DNA of 18,935 bases from Candidatus Caldarchaeum sp. (GCA_038844785.1 JAWBRA010000029.1:1-18935); one strand, 5' to 3'; counted from the first letter of the stretch, positions 6,628-16,441 are shown. The notes: generated by a model not told the origin, from the letters alone. A program made the numbers and translations.

Positions 6628-7659
6628 ATGGAGAGGCTTGTTCACGGTCTTCACCATATCACTCTCGTGGCTTCAAACTACATAGTCAACTACAGGTTTT
6701 ACACAGGGGCTCTCGGCTTGAGACAGGTCAAGCTTTCCGTCAACCAAGACGACATTTTCCACAGGCATGCTTTTTACGCAAACCCCGACAAGCCTACCGG
6801 CAGCGCGATAACCTTTTTCGAATGGCCTGGTCTTCCCCACGGCTATCCTGGGCTGGGTTCTCCACATCATCTGGCTTACCGGGTTAAATCGGTTAAAACG
6901 CTTGCCAAATAGTTTGGCTGGCTTCGGCTAAACGGTGTAAAAGTAAGCGGCCTCCACATCTACGGCGGCCTTGTCTCAATATACTTCCGCGACCCTGACA
7001 ACGCTCTGATCGAGCTGACAACAGTTGACGAAGGCCTTGAGAAAGATTATGTGTGGGAGGTTTTCCAAGATTTAGAAGACGTTAAAGCGGTTGATGCGGA
7101 CATGAAGATAATGTGGTTTGACCATGCTACTCCGCTGGCTATGAACGCAGGTGTTTTGAAACGGTTTTTGGAGAAGTTTCTACAGTTGAAGGAAGCGGAG
7201 GTTGTTGAAGATGATGCTGGCCGTGTCTGGCTCATGGTCAAAAGCGATGAACATGTTTTTCTCCGGTATCTCGTAAACACCTCCGCCGAATATGGCTACG
7301 TGGGCCGAGGCTCAATCCACCACATAGCCTTGGCCGTGGAGTCTGAGGCGGAACAGAGAACGATCTTGCGTAGGCTAGACATGGCTTATGTTAGAAACTC
7401 GGGCATAGTTGATATGTTTTGGCTCCGCTCCCTCTACTTCAGAGATCCGTTCGGGAACTTGATGGAGGTTGCCACCGTAGGGCCCGGATATGATGTTGAC
7501 GAGCCGCGTGAAAGCATGGGAAGCAGGCTTGTTCTCCCGCCTTGGCTCGAGCCCGTTAGAAATATGATTGAAGCACGGCTCGCCGAACAGGACGCTAGGA
7601 ACAATCCTTCATGGCCGCCTGTTTGCGACGAAGTCCCACAGACTCCCGAACCGCTGTAG
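6628..7659 (+). pseudogene. VOC/glyoxalase-family ring-cleaving dioxygenase (MhqO/PcpA-like) interrupted by one in-frame TAG
   Basis: ORFs 6628..6912 and 7051..7659 are in the same frame and the sequence between them is open (FGWLRLNGV...IYFRDPDNALIEL). Motifs GLHHIT, SVNQDD, ITFFEWP, GSIHHIA, SLYFRDP and LVLPPWLE. TAG at 6910-6912. Confidence 0.85.
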
Positions 7660-8245
7660 GCTTGGGAAGTATTATCACACCTTCATCCGGGTTTCCCAGC
7701 TCTTCGCATAACCCCCTCCACCACATGTAGGCAGCAAGGGCGCACGTTACTGCATCGGCTTCATCGCCCGTTATCTTCGTGGACAATCCTTTCACCCCAA
7801 GCTTTCTAAGACCTTTCACGAGTTTGGCGACTCCTTGCTGTTTTCTAGGAAGCCCAAGAACGTCTTGAACGCCGCCGGGATACGTTTCATAGACCTTTAC
7901 ACCCATTTGTCTCAGGACTGCTGCAAGCTTCATTCCACGGGCTGTCAGCATACGCATGGGGCCGATGGTTATCGGGAAAAACTTAATCCTCCTACGTCGA
8001 AGCTCTATGTCGCAGAGCCTAAAATGCGGCGGACCCGGTTCCTCCAAGCTTTCCCTTCCACGGGGCAGGCCGAGGGGTGCGTCAACACCCACTACAGCGG
8101 GCTTCAGCACTTCAACGTCGGCGATTATTTCGTCGTCGGAGAAACGCACCCACGTCCTGCAGCTCATATCCTCATCCAACAAAGCCATTCCCGAAGGTCT
8201 TCTAACGCTGCCGGCTAGGTCAACACCTAAAAATACAACAGCCAT
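7595..8245 (-). CDS. DUF429 family protein (predicted RNase H-fold nuclease)
   Basis: FLGVDLAG, VGVDAPLGLP, R.CD.EL, VYETYPG and DEADAVTCA motifs. ATG at 8245 (ORF track starts at 8251). Confidence 0.85.
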   Translation of the reverse strand: MAVVFLGVDLAGSVRRPSGMALLDEDMSCRTWVRFSDDEIIADVEVLKPAVVGVDAPLGLPRGRESLEEPGPPHFRLCDIELRRRRIKFFPITIGPMRMLTARGMKLAAVLRQMGVKVYETYPGGVQDVLGLPRKQQGVAKLVKGLRKLGVKGLSTKITGDEADAVTCALAAYMWWRGLCEELGNPDEGVIILPKPTAVRESVGLRRKQAAMKDCS

Positions 8246-8369
8246 CCCCAAAACACAGCCTGTAGCAGCAATTAAACATGTGACTCCCTATTAACCAAAA
8301 TATTTAGGGGTATATGTCTCACCGTTTTCTTGGCATGATGTATTACAGGAATTTTTTTGTTCAAGCAGT

Positions 8370-8535
8370 AGCGTTGAGCTATACGCAGGCCCGACAGCTC
8401 GTCGCCAAGGCCTGAAAAGAAATCGCTTAAGAGACTCAACCTGGTCGAGAGTAGGGGGATGAATGAACCCCTCCTCCCTGCATAATCACATGCGTGAAGG
8501 TAGTTGGGAAGCCGAGAGTCGGAAAATTAAGCGGT
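8370..8535 (+). ncRNA. Candidate structured intergenic RNA or mobile-element end
   Basis: Nested stems CAGGCC 8386-8391/GGCCTG 8409-8414, CGCTTAA 8424-8430/TTAAGCG 8527-8533 and GACTC 8433-8437/GAGTC 8516-8520, plus the hairpin AGGGG-GATGAATGAA-CCCCT. Confidence 0.3.
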
Positions 8536-8607
8536 GAGGCTGATAAATAATTTTTTGACGTGCTTTCATGCAAACTATAAAACTACGGTGTTGCGACAGT
8601 ATGTGAC

Positions 8608-9573
8608 ATGAGGCTGGTAACCTTTCACAACCCATACCTGCAAAAGCCTAGGCTGGGAATAGTTTACGGCGAACACGTCGTCGACGGAAGCAACGCTTTC
8701 GCCGCGATACTACGGGACGAGGGTGAGGAAGATGCTGAAATCCTAGCCGAAGCCCTTCTGCCAAGCAGTATGATAGGTTTTTTGAGAAGAGGTAGGAGGG
8801 CTTGGGAGTCCGCTGAACGTGTGTTGTTTAAGGCTAGAAGCTTTGTGAACAACGAGTACGGCGAAGGATATGCTTTCAAGCTTTCCGACGTAAGGCTATA
8901 CGCTCCAATACCACGGCCTGGTAAGATAATCCACACTGCTGGAAACTTCAGAGAACATGCGCAGGAGGCTGAGAAAGCCAAATGGGAGTTCCCAATACCC
9001 CAGTGGATATCTTTCCTCAAAAGCCCCTCAGCAGTTATAGGTCCTTACGACAACATAGTCTACCCCAAGTTTACTAAAGAGCTGGACTACGAGCTTGAGA
9101 TGGCTGTGGTAATAGGGAGACGTGGCAAATACATCCCTAGGGAGAGGGCTTTTGAACACGTCGCCGGCTTTATGGTCTTCAACGACGTGACAGCAAGGGA
9201 CATCCAGCGGCAGGAGATGAAAAACGGCCTTCTCAACTTCGGTAAAAACCTTGACACGTTCGCGCCGATGGGGCCCTGTCTGGTTACAAAGGATGAGATT
9301 CACGACCCACACAATCTGAGGATGGAGCTACGGGTCAACGGCGAGGTCAGGCAGTCAGGAAACACCAACCGACTGTCTGTTACGCTCCAAGAGATAATAG
9401 AGCATTATTCATGGGTTATGCTCGAGCCGGGCGACATAGTTACCACGGGAACGATATCTGGGGTGGCTGCTTTCAGAGAAAACCCTGAAAGATACTATCT
9501 GAAGCCAGGCGACGTCGTGGAGTCTGAGATAGAAAACATTGGAGTGATGAGGAATAAGGTTGTGGCGGAGTGA
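8608..9573 (+). CDS. Fumarylacetoacetate hydrolase family protein
   Basis: PGKII, FLKSPSAVIGP, LDYELEMAVVIG, FNDVTARDIQ, GKNLDTFAPMGP and LEPGDIVTTGT. Confidence 0.93.
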   Translation: MRLVTFHNPYLQKPRLGIVYGEHVVDGSNAFAAILRDEGEEDAEILAEALLPSSMIGFLRRGRRAWESAERVLFKARSFVNNEYGEGYAFKLSDVRLYAPIPRPGKIIHTAGNFREHAQEAEKAKWEFPIPQWISFLKSPSAVIGPYDNIVYPKFTKELDYELEMAVVIGRRGKYIPRERAFEHVAGFMVFNDVTARDIQRQEMKNGLLNFGKNLDTFAPMGPCLVTKDEIHDPHNLRMELRVNGEVRQSGNTNRLSVTLQEIIEHYSWVMLEPGDIVTTGTISGVAAFRENPERYYLKPGDVVESEIENIGVMRNKVVAE

Positions 9574-10784
9574 ACAGCTTGTCCCAAGAGCCTTGGAGAA
9601 GCGATAAACACTGGGTAAGTCCCTACAACTTCTCGGATAAAGTCGCCCGCCATCTCAGGTTCCCTGATAAGATCGAGATACATGATGTAACACTACGAGA
9701 CGGCGAGCAAACACCCGGCGTGGTTTTGAAGGCAGATGAAAAGCTGGATATTGCGAAGGCTTTGGACGAGCTTGGCGTCCACAGGATAGAGGCAGGCATG
9801 CCTGTTGTCTCGAAAGAGGATTTCATCGCCGTCAAGCAGATAGCGAACGAGGGGTTGAGGGCCAAGGTTTTCGGGTTTGCGCGTCTGGTGAAGGAAGACA
9901 TAGACGCGGCCGTTGAAGCAGATGTAGCGGGTATTGTGACGGAAGGGCCTGTTGGTGTTCCCAAGCTGATGCAGTTCGGCTGGAAAGCTGAGGACGTTGT
10001 CACAAAAGCGTTGGAGCATGTCGACTACGCCAAAGACCATGGCCTGTACACGGTTTTCTTCGGGGTTGACGGCACAAGGGCTGACCTCAGCTTCCTTAAG
10101 CATGTTTACAGAAAGGTTGTCGAAGAGGCTAAAGCCGACGCCGTGGCTGTTGTCGACACGTTTGGATGCGCAACGCCCGAGGGGTTCAGGTATCTCGTGG
10201 GCGAAATCGTCGAAAGTGTGTCTGTTCCCGTGGAGGTCCACTGCCACAACGATTTCGGAATGGGTACGGCAGTCAGCATAGCAGGCCTCTCAGCGGGGGC
10301 TAGCGTCGTCCACGTATCCGTCAACGGAATAGGGGAGAGAGCAGGCAACGCAAGCCTCGAAGAAGTAGCCCTCAGCCTCGAGCTTCTCTACGGCAGAAAG
10401 CTTGGGCTGAAATACGAGAAGCTTGTTGAAGTCTCTAAGCTTGTCGAGAGGATGACCCGCTTCAGCCTTGCTGCCAACAAGCCTGTCGTCGGAGAAAGAG
10501 TCTTCACAAGGGAGTCGGGCATATCTGTCGCAGGCTGGATAAAATATCATCTCGGGTCTGAAGCCTTTCTACCCGAGCTGGTGGGCAACAGACACGACGT
10601 TCTAGTGGGTAAGAAAAGCGGCCGCCATTCCGTGGAGTGGAAGCTCAGCCGCCTTGGCGTCGAAGCTAAACCGGAGGAAATCCAGCTCCTGCTTGAGAAA
10701 ATCAAGCAAAAATCTCTGGAGAAGAAGGGGCCTTTAACCGACGAGGAGCTACTTGAATGTCTTCAAACGGTGAGGCAGGGATAG
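9570..10784 (+). CDS. DRE-TIM metallolyase, homocitrate/isopropylmalate synthase-like, without a LeuA regulatory domain
   Basis: DVTLRDGEQTPG, RIEAG, VHCHNDFG, NGIGERAGNASLEE, NKPVVG and GKKSG. GTGA overlap with the upstream gene. Confidence 0.88.
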   Translation: MNSLSQEPWRSDKHWVSPYNFSDKVARHLRFPDKIEIHDVTLRDGEQTPGVVLKADEKLDIAKALDELGVHRIEAGMPVVSKEDFIAVKQIANEGLRAKVFGFARLVKEDIDAAVEADVAGIVTEGPVGVPKLMQFGWKAEDVVTKALEHVDYAKDHGLYTVFFGVDGTRADLSFLKHVYRKVVEEAKADAVAVVDTFGCATPEGFRYLVGEIVESVSVPVEVHCHNDFGMGTAVSIAGLSAGASVVHVSVNGIGERAGNASLEEVALSLELLYGRKLGLKYEKLVEVSKLVERMTRFSLAANKPVVGERVFTRESGISVAGWIKYHLGSEAFLPELVGNRHDVLVGKKSGRHSVEWKLSRLGVEAKPEEIQLLLEKIKQKSLEKKGPLTDEELLECLQTVRQG

Positions 10785-11833
10785 AGCTTTTACAGGTTTT
10801 AAGTCCTTCAGGCGAAATCGTAGGCGAGCCTGACCCGACGCTGACCAACGACGTTCTCTTAAGGATGATGAAAGACATGGTGAAGGCTCGTCTCTTCGAC
10901 GAATGGATGCTCAAAATACATCCGCTTGGAAAAGCTTCGAGGTACGCGCCCTGCGAAGGACAGGAGGCATCTATGGTGGGAAGCGCATACAGCGTCCGCG
11001 AAAACGACTGGCTTTTCCCAACCTACCGCGAGTACCCGGTTGCTTTGGCGCGGGGCGTGCCGTTGACAGACATAATGCATAGAATGTTCGCTGACAGCAA
11101 AGACCTGTTGAAAGGCCATGAGATAACGCTGTACGGCGACCGAAGGTATAGAATTGTTGTGGGGGCTGGAGCTGTTTCACTTATGGCTCCTGTAGCGGTG
11201 GGAATGGCGATGGCCGCCGGCATAAGGCATGAGAAAGACGTTTTCATGGTCTACATGGGCGAAGGAGCGACATCCAAGGCCGACTTCCACGAAGCAATAA
11301 ACTGGGCTGGTGTTTTCAAAACGCCGGTTGTCTTCTTCTGCCAAAACAACCAGTGGGCCATTTCAACCCCTTTCAACAAGCAGACAGCAGCCCCTAACGT
11401 GGCTGTCAAAGCAAAAGCGTATGGAATACCTGGCGTAAGGGTTGACGGCAACGACATCATGGCCGTCTACACAGTATGCAGGGACGCTGTGGAGAGAGCA
11501 CGAGCGGGTAAAGGCCCTACGTTAATCGAGGCTGTGACTTACAGGATAGGGCCGCATACAACAGCTGACGACCCTTCAAGATACAGGTCTGAAACAGAGG
11601 TGGAGAAGTGGCGTGAGCTGGACCCGTTAAAAAGGTTGAGAAAATACATGACTAAAAACCGTCTCTGGAGCGATGAGAAGGAGAAAACCTTAGTTGAAGA
11701 ATTCCGAGCCGAGCTTAGAAAAGCAACTGAGGAAGCCCTCCAAACCCCGCCGCTAACGCCTTCGGTTATATTTGAAGACGTTTACGCGACACCGCCATGG
11801 CATCTCGAAGAGGAGATGGATGAACTGGGTTGA
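10757..11833 (+). CDS. pdhA: 2-oxoacid (pyruvate or branched-chain) dehydrogenase E1 alpha subunit
   Basis: GQEA, PTYRE, TPP-binding motif GEGATSKADFHE...CQNN, VDGND and YRIGPHTTADDPSRYR. Substrate specificity cannot be determined from sequence. Confidence 0.88.
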   Translation: MSSNGEAGIELLQVLSPSGEIVGEPDPTLTNDVLLRMMKDMVKARLFDEWMLKIHPLGKASRYAPCEGQEASMVGSAYSVRENDWLFPTYREYPVALARGVPLTDIMHRMFADSKDLLKGHEITLYGDRRYRIVVGAGAVSLMAPVAVGMAMAAGIRHEKDVFMVYMGEGATSKADFHEAINWAGVFKTPVVFFCQNNQWAISTPFNKQTAAPNVAVKAKAYGIPGVRVDGNDIMAVYTVCRDAVERARAGKGPTLIEAVTYRIGPHTTADDPSRYRSETEVEKWRELDPLKRLRKYMTKNRLWSDEKEKTLVEEFRAELRKATEEALQTPPLTPSVIFEDVYATPPWHLEEEMDELG

Positions 11834-12690
11834 GCCTAAAGCCTTGGACAGTTACCCTAGCCGAAGTTGCCTGGCTAAAACCACATGAACAATCAATCCC
11901 CTCGCTGATTAACAGACTGGCTGGAGAAATCAAAAGCGTCGGCAGAATAAACCATCCCGTAATCGTTGACGCTGAAACAGGCCTAATCGTTGACGGAACA
12001 CACAGAGTTGAGGCAGCCTCAAAGCTAAGCCTCAGGCACATACCCGCCTACACGGTCGACTACGCATCTGACAGAGTGGTTTTGGAAAGCTGGGGGAGAG
12101 TTGTAAAAAAACAGTTAGAGAGACAGAAACTGCTCCAAAAAGCTAGGAGGATTGGTTTCAATATCTCAACCGCCAGCCTAGACATGAAATATTTTGTAAT
12201 ACAGCTGATTTGGCGAGACGGCGCAGTAACCAATCTGACGCTAGAGGAGGAGAACACGCAGAAGGTTTATGAAGCTGTTTCAAAGTTCGAGGCCGCCTTA
12301 CGTGGGTCTGAGATATCATACGTCGCTGAAAACGAAGTTTTGCCTGCGTTGGCTACTGGACAGTACTCACTGGGCTATCTTGTCAGAAAACTGCGGAAAC
12401 ACGAGGTTTTATCAATGGTCAAAGCAGGGGTGAAGCTTCCGCCAAAGTCAACACGACACATAGTTGACCGAAGACCCATGTATGTTCTCTGCCCACTAAG
12501 CGTTCTTTACAGCGAAAACGCCTCAAACCTGTTTGACGAATGGATCAAGGCGGGAAGATGGGTTGAGCTACCGCAGGGAATAGAGCTTGACAGAAAATAC
12601 GAAGAAAGGGTCGTCGTCTACTTTAGGGACGACCTTCAAAACCTTTATCCAGAAAAACTTTTGGATTTGTTGAAGGCTGTCAAGGCTTGA
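11830..12690 (+). CDS. ParB/Srx-domain protein, SerK-like free serine kinase
   Basis: KPHEQ, IVDGTHR, DY...W and LPPKSTRH resemble SerK/SbnI-type motifs. Adjacent to serA. Confidence 0.7.
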   Translation: MSLKPWTVTLAEVAWLKPHEQSIPSLINRLAGEIKSVGRINHPVIVDAETGLIVDGTHRVEAASKLSLRHIPAYTVDYASDRVVLESWGRVVKKQLERQKLLQKARRIGFNISTASLDMKYFVIQLIWRDGAVTNLTLEEENTQKVYEAVSKFEAALRGSEISYVAENEVLPALATGQYSLGYLVRKLRKHEVLSMVKAGVKLPPKSTRHIVDRRPMYVLCPLSVLYSENASNLFDEWIKAGRWVELPQGIELDRKYEERVVVYFRDDLQNLYPEKLLDLLKAVKA

Positions 12691-13603
12691 GTGTTTCGAT
12701 GATTTTCCGGGCCAGAAGTATTCCAGCGGCTTGCTGGGCTTCGCGTGTTTGAGCTCCTATGTGCGGTGTGACAACTACGTTGTTCAGCTCAAGCAGCTTG
12801 CTCCCGAAAGGCGGCTCTCTCTCAAAAACATCCAACCCCGCTCCGGCAAGCCTTCCAGTAGACAGAGCTTGGTAAAGAGCTTCCTCGTCAACAACCTCCC
12901 CCCTAGAAGCGTTGACCAGTATTGCAGAAGGCTTCATCATCGAGATCTTCTCAGCATCTATTAGATGCCGTGTCTCAGGGGTTAGAGGAACGTGCAGCGT
13001 GATAAAGTCCGACGACCTCAACACTTCTTCAAGCGTTGTAAGCCTGGTGCTTGTCTTGGCCAAAACCTCTTCAGGTATGGGGATGACGTCGTATGCAAGG
13101 ATTTTCATACCTATGGCGTAAGCTATTTCAGCAACCCTTCTGCCTATTCTCCCATAACCTATCACGCCCAAAGTTTTGCCTGCAAGCTCGACACCCATGG
13201 CTTCATGCTTAGGCCATATGCCAGATCTCATGACCTTATCACACCAAGCTATTTTACGTGCAACAGCTATCATCAAGCCTATCACGAGCTCGGCTACGCT
13301 GTTAGTCGGCGCCTCAGGGGTGTTCAGAACCTTCACACCATGCTTGGCTGCAGCCTCTACGTCAACGTTGTCCAGCCCAACGCCAGCCCTGCCAACAACC
13401 TTCAAAGCAGGCACGCCTTTTTCAATAACCTTCGCCGTCACCTTGGTGCGGCCTCTGACTATCAACACGTTGTAGCCGGATATCATCTCTTCAAGCTCCG
13501 CAGCCGAGATGTCGGGCTTCAAGTCAACAGCGAAGCCAGCCCCCCTCAGCATTTTAACAGACGTTTGGTCGATTGGGTCTGCTACAAGAACGCGTAATCT
13601 CAT
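12680..13603 (-). CDS. serA: D-3-phosphoglycerate dehydrogenase (short type, no ACT domain)
   Basis: GRAGVGLDNVD, SVAEL, GVIGYGRIG, HVPLTPET, NASRG and TPHIGAQT. Start ATG 13603 with TTTATATA about 29 nt upstream. Confidence 0.88.
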   Translation of the reverse strand: MRLRVLVADPIDQTSVKMLRGAGFAVDLKPDISAAELEEMISGYNVLIVRGRTKVTAKVIEKGVPALKVVGRAGVGLDNVDVEAAAKHGVKVLNTPEAPTNSVAELVIGLMIAVARKIAWCDKVMRSGIWPKHEAMGVELAGKTLGVIGYGRIGRRVAEIAYAIGMKILAYDVIPIPEEVLAKTSTRLTTLEEVLRSSDFITLHVPLTPETRHLIDAEKISMMKPSAILVNASRGEVVDEEALYQALSTGRLAGAGLDVFEREPPFGSKLLELNNVVVTPHIGAQTREAQQAAGILLARKIIETLKP

Positions 13604-13687
13604 AGAACAAGTCCCGCCAAGACATATATAAATCAGAGAACCTGTGGGAAACAAGTTTTAATAAGGCGCTGCACGCTGTTATCCGGC

Positions 13688-13972
13688 ATGCCTTTCAAGA
13701 GGAAAAGCAGGGGTAGGGCGAAGGGGGCTAAGGGTAAGGAGCCGACTGTTCAGTGCGACAACTGCGGCGCCTACGTGCCACGCAGCAAAGTGCAGAGAGT
13801 TACTAGACGTGTTTCGCTGGTCAGGGGAGACCTAGCTAGGGAGCTTAAGCAAGCGGGAGCATACTTGGCTGAGAACATAGTAGTCAAAAATCTTTGCATC
13901 AGCTGCGCCATACACTACGGCGTCCTCAAGGTGAGAGCCAGAGAAGAGAGAAAACCGGAGCAGTTCATCTAA
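13688..13972 (+). CDS. rps26e: 30S ribosomal protein S26e (eS26)
   Basis: KRKSRGRAKG, zinc-finger motifs CDNCG...VPRSK and CISCAIH..VLKVR. Confidence 0.96.
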   Translation: MPFKRKSRGRAKGAKGKEPTVQCDNCGAYVPRSKVQRVTRRVSLVRGDLARELKQAGAYLAENIVVKNLCISCAIHYGVLKVRAREERKPEQFI

Positions 13973-14025
13973 AATCATCTTATTTTGGGAATAGTTTATT
14001 AGAAAGAGGAGTCTGTTGGGTTTAG

Positions 14026-15003
14026 GTGACGGCTTTGTACACACCTTATGAAAGAGCTAGAATGTCTCTAGTCAAGCTGCGGATAGCTATGCTGGGAACA
14101 TGGGCTCTGATAACAGCATTAGCCTCGCTGCTTTTCATCGCCGTCCTATCCCTGCTGAGAGTTCCGCTACTCAACCTCTACACAATAATAGGGTTTGTCG
14201 TCTTCTTCCACGTCTTCCAATGGCTGATAGGACCGTACATTATAGGGGCTGTCTACCGTGTTAGGCCCGCGGCCGAGGCTGGGTTGGCGTGGGTTGAGGA
14301 AACGGTCAACAGGCTCAGCTCAGCCGCTGGAATGGAAAGACCGCCGAAAGCTTACGTCGCTGAAATCGATATACCTAACGCATTTGCATACGGAAGCCCG
14401 TTGACGGGGCCGATGGTAGCTGTCACACGAAGGCTTGTGGAAAGCCTTCCAAAAGAAGAGATTGAAGCCGTCATAGGACACGAGCTTGGACACATCAAAC
14501 ACCGAGACGTGGTCTTCATGATGGCTGTAAGCATAATCCCGGCAATAGTATACTATCTTGGCTACACTTTGTTCGTTTCCGGCGCCTACGGGGGAAGAAG
14601 GGAGGGAACAGCCTACGCAGCGCTAATAGGAATTGTTCTGATGGTTTTCAGCTTCATCTTCAACCTTTTCGTCTTCTACATGAGCCGTCTCAGAGAATAC
14701 TATGCTGACTACTTCGCCGCCAGAAACGTCCGAGACGGGGCCAGAAACCTTCAGAGAGCTTTGGTCAGGATAATGATGCTATCAGGAAGGCTGAGACGAC
14801 ATGAAGCTACACAGTATGAGCAGTTCAAAGCCTTCTTCATAGCAGACCCTGAAGTGGGTATTCAAGCCTACGGCGACGTAGACATGCTTGTGGAACGCGT
14901 GAAAAACTCAAAACCGAACACTGTGGCGGAGCTTTTCAGCACGCATCCAGACCCTGCGAAGAGGATTAGGGCCCTCGACAACTACGTTTTTAGTATGCCC
15001 TAG
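14026..15003 (+). CDS. htpX: Zinc metalloprotease HtpX (M48 family)
   Basis: Transmembrane helices, PNAFAYG, HELGH, SRLREYYAD and LFSTHP...RI. Confidence 0.93.
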   Translation: MTALYTPYERARMSLVKLRIAMLGTWALITALASLLFIAVLSLLRVPLLNLYTIIGFVVFFHVFQWLIGPYIIGAVYRVRPAAEAGLAWVEETVNRLSSAAGMERPPKAYVAEIDIPNAFAYGSPLTGPMVAVTRRLVESLPKEEIEAVIGHELGHIKHRDVVFMMAVSIIPAIVYYLGYTLFVSGAYGGRREGTAYAALIGIVLMVFSFIFNLFVFYMSRLREYYADYFAARNVRDGARNLQRALVRIMMLSGRLRRHEATQYEQFKAFFIADPEVGIQAYGDVDMLVERVKNSKPNTVAELFSTHPDPAKRIRALDNYVFSMP

Positions 15004-16423
15004 CGTAGTAGACTACTTCCTGAGCGGGCTGTTGGCAGACTATGCACGCTCCAGAGGGCACCTCTACTTCGTCGAACCTGCTGCCTCTCAACTCTCCCCC
15101 AGCCTCTTCCTTCAGCTGCATAGCGCACTCAGTCCTGCCGCACCACTCCACCCTCGCAATCCTTCTCTCCGAAATTATCTTCTTGACTTCTTCGATGGAT
15201 GATGCGTCGGAGACCATCTGTCTCATAATCCGCCAGCTCCTCTCTGAAAGATTTCGGTCGATGTCTTCCAGAAGCTTAACCACATAGGCTTCAAGCCCCT
15301 CAACATCTACACTACGCTTCTCAAGCGTATCTCGTCTAAAGACCGTGACCTTGTTCTCAGCAACTTCACGGGGGCCGGCCTCAAGCCTAACAGGCACTCC
15401 CAGCTTCTCCCAGTAGTAGAACTTCTCTCCAGGCGTGACGTCATCCCTGTCATCAACCCTAACACTCAACCCCTTCAACCTCTCAGCCAAAGCCCTGCAG
15501 TAGCTGAGTATCGCCTCCTCCTGCCCTTTGAACACTATAGGCACTACTATAACTTGGATGGAAGCCACAGATGAAGGAAGAACCAGGCCCCTGTCGTCGC
15601 CGTGCTGGCTTATTATAGCCGCCAACACCCTGCTGTATCCGAAACCATAACACAGCTGGTAGGGGTTCTCCCTCCTACCATCTCTCGTCTCAAACTCTAT
15701 CTCAAAAACCTTCGAAAAATTCTTCCCAAGGTTATGAACTGTACCTACTTGGTTTACCCTTCCGTCAGGATTCCATGCGTCAAACGCTATCGAATATTTT
15801 GCTCCGGCAAACTTGTCGAAGTCAGGCCTTTTCAAGATGAGATAAGCTATGCCAAGCCTGTCCAACACTTTTTTGTAGATTTCAACGGCTTTCCTAACCT
15901 GCTGTTCAGCATCGGCCGCTGTTTCATGCACCGTGTGAGCCTCGTTCCAAGGTATCTCCCTCACCCTAAGCAAAGGCCTTGTCGCCTTCGTCTCATGCCT
16001 GTAAACCATGTTGCTTTGATGAACCATGAGCGGCAGGTCGGCGTGGCTTCTAATCCACAGCTTGAACATGGGATACATTATTGTCTCGGAAGTGGGGCGG
16101 ACGATCAGCTTGACGTCCAAGGGCTTGCCTCCAGCGGATTCTATCACAAACACCTCGGGGCTGAAGCCTTTTATGTGCTGTGCTTCACGGCCGAAAAGCT
16201 CCTCCGTCGTGACAAGCGGGAAAACCATCTCCTTATGACCTGTGTCATTAAGCTCCTTCTCAAGCATCTCCCTAATCCTACGGATGATGAAAGCCCCGTT
16301 CTCCAAATAGACCGAAAAACCCTTCACAGGAAACCTGTCGTCAACTATCTTTGCCTCAAGCAAAAGGCTGTCGAACCACTCGCTAAAATTCCTGTACTTG
16401 TTGATCGCGGTAGCCGAGGACAT
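14990..16423 (-). CDS. proS: Proline--tRNA ligase, archaeal/eukaryotic type
   Basis: RPTSETIMY, YRHETKATRPLLRVRE, KFAGA, GDDRGLVLP, anticodon domain, C-terminal zinc domain and terminal ARAY. Confidence 0.97.
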   Translation of the reverse strand: MSSATAINKYRNFSEWFDSLLLEAKIVDDRFPVKGFSVYLENGAFIIRRIREMLEKELNDTGHKEMVFPLVTTEELFGREAQHIKGFSPEVFVIESAGGKPLDVKLIVRPTSETIMYPMFKLWIRSHADLPLMVHQSNMVYRHETKATRPLLRVREIPWNEAHTVHETAADAEQQVRKAVEIYKKVLDRLGIAYLILKRPDFDKFAGAKYSIAFDAWNPDGRVNQVGTVHNLGKNFSKVFEIEFETRDGRRENPYQLCYGFGYSRVLAAIISQHGDDRGLVLPSSVASIQVIVVPIVFKGQEEAILSYCRALAERLKGLSVRVDDRDDVTPGEKFYYWEKLGVPVRLEAGPREVAENKVTVFRRDTLEKRSVDVEGLEAYVVKLLEDIDRNLSERSWRIMRQMVSDASSIEEVKKIISERRIARVEWCGRTECAMQLKEEAGGELRGSRFDEVEVPSGACIVCQQPAQEVVYYARAY

Positions 16424-16441
16424 CCCTCCAAACGCAGACGT

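Noticed and set aside
7595-7659. 65-nt convergent overlap of the dioxygenase and DUF429 genes as antisense regulation
   Set aside because: Convergent overlaps recur across this compact window (2873-2906, 12680-12690, 14990-15003), so this one is not special.
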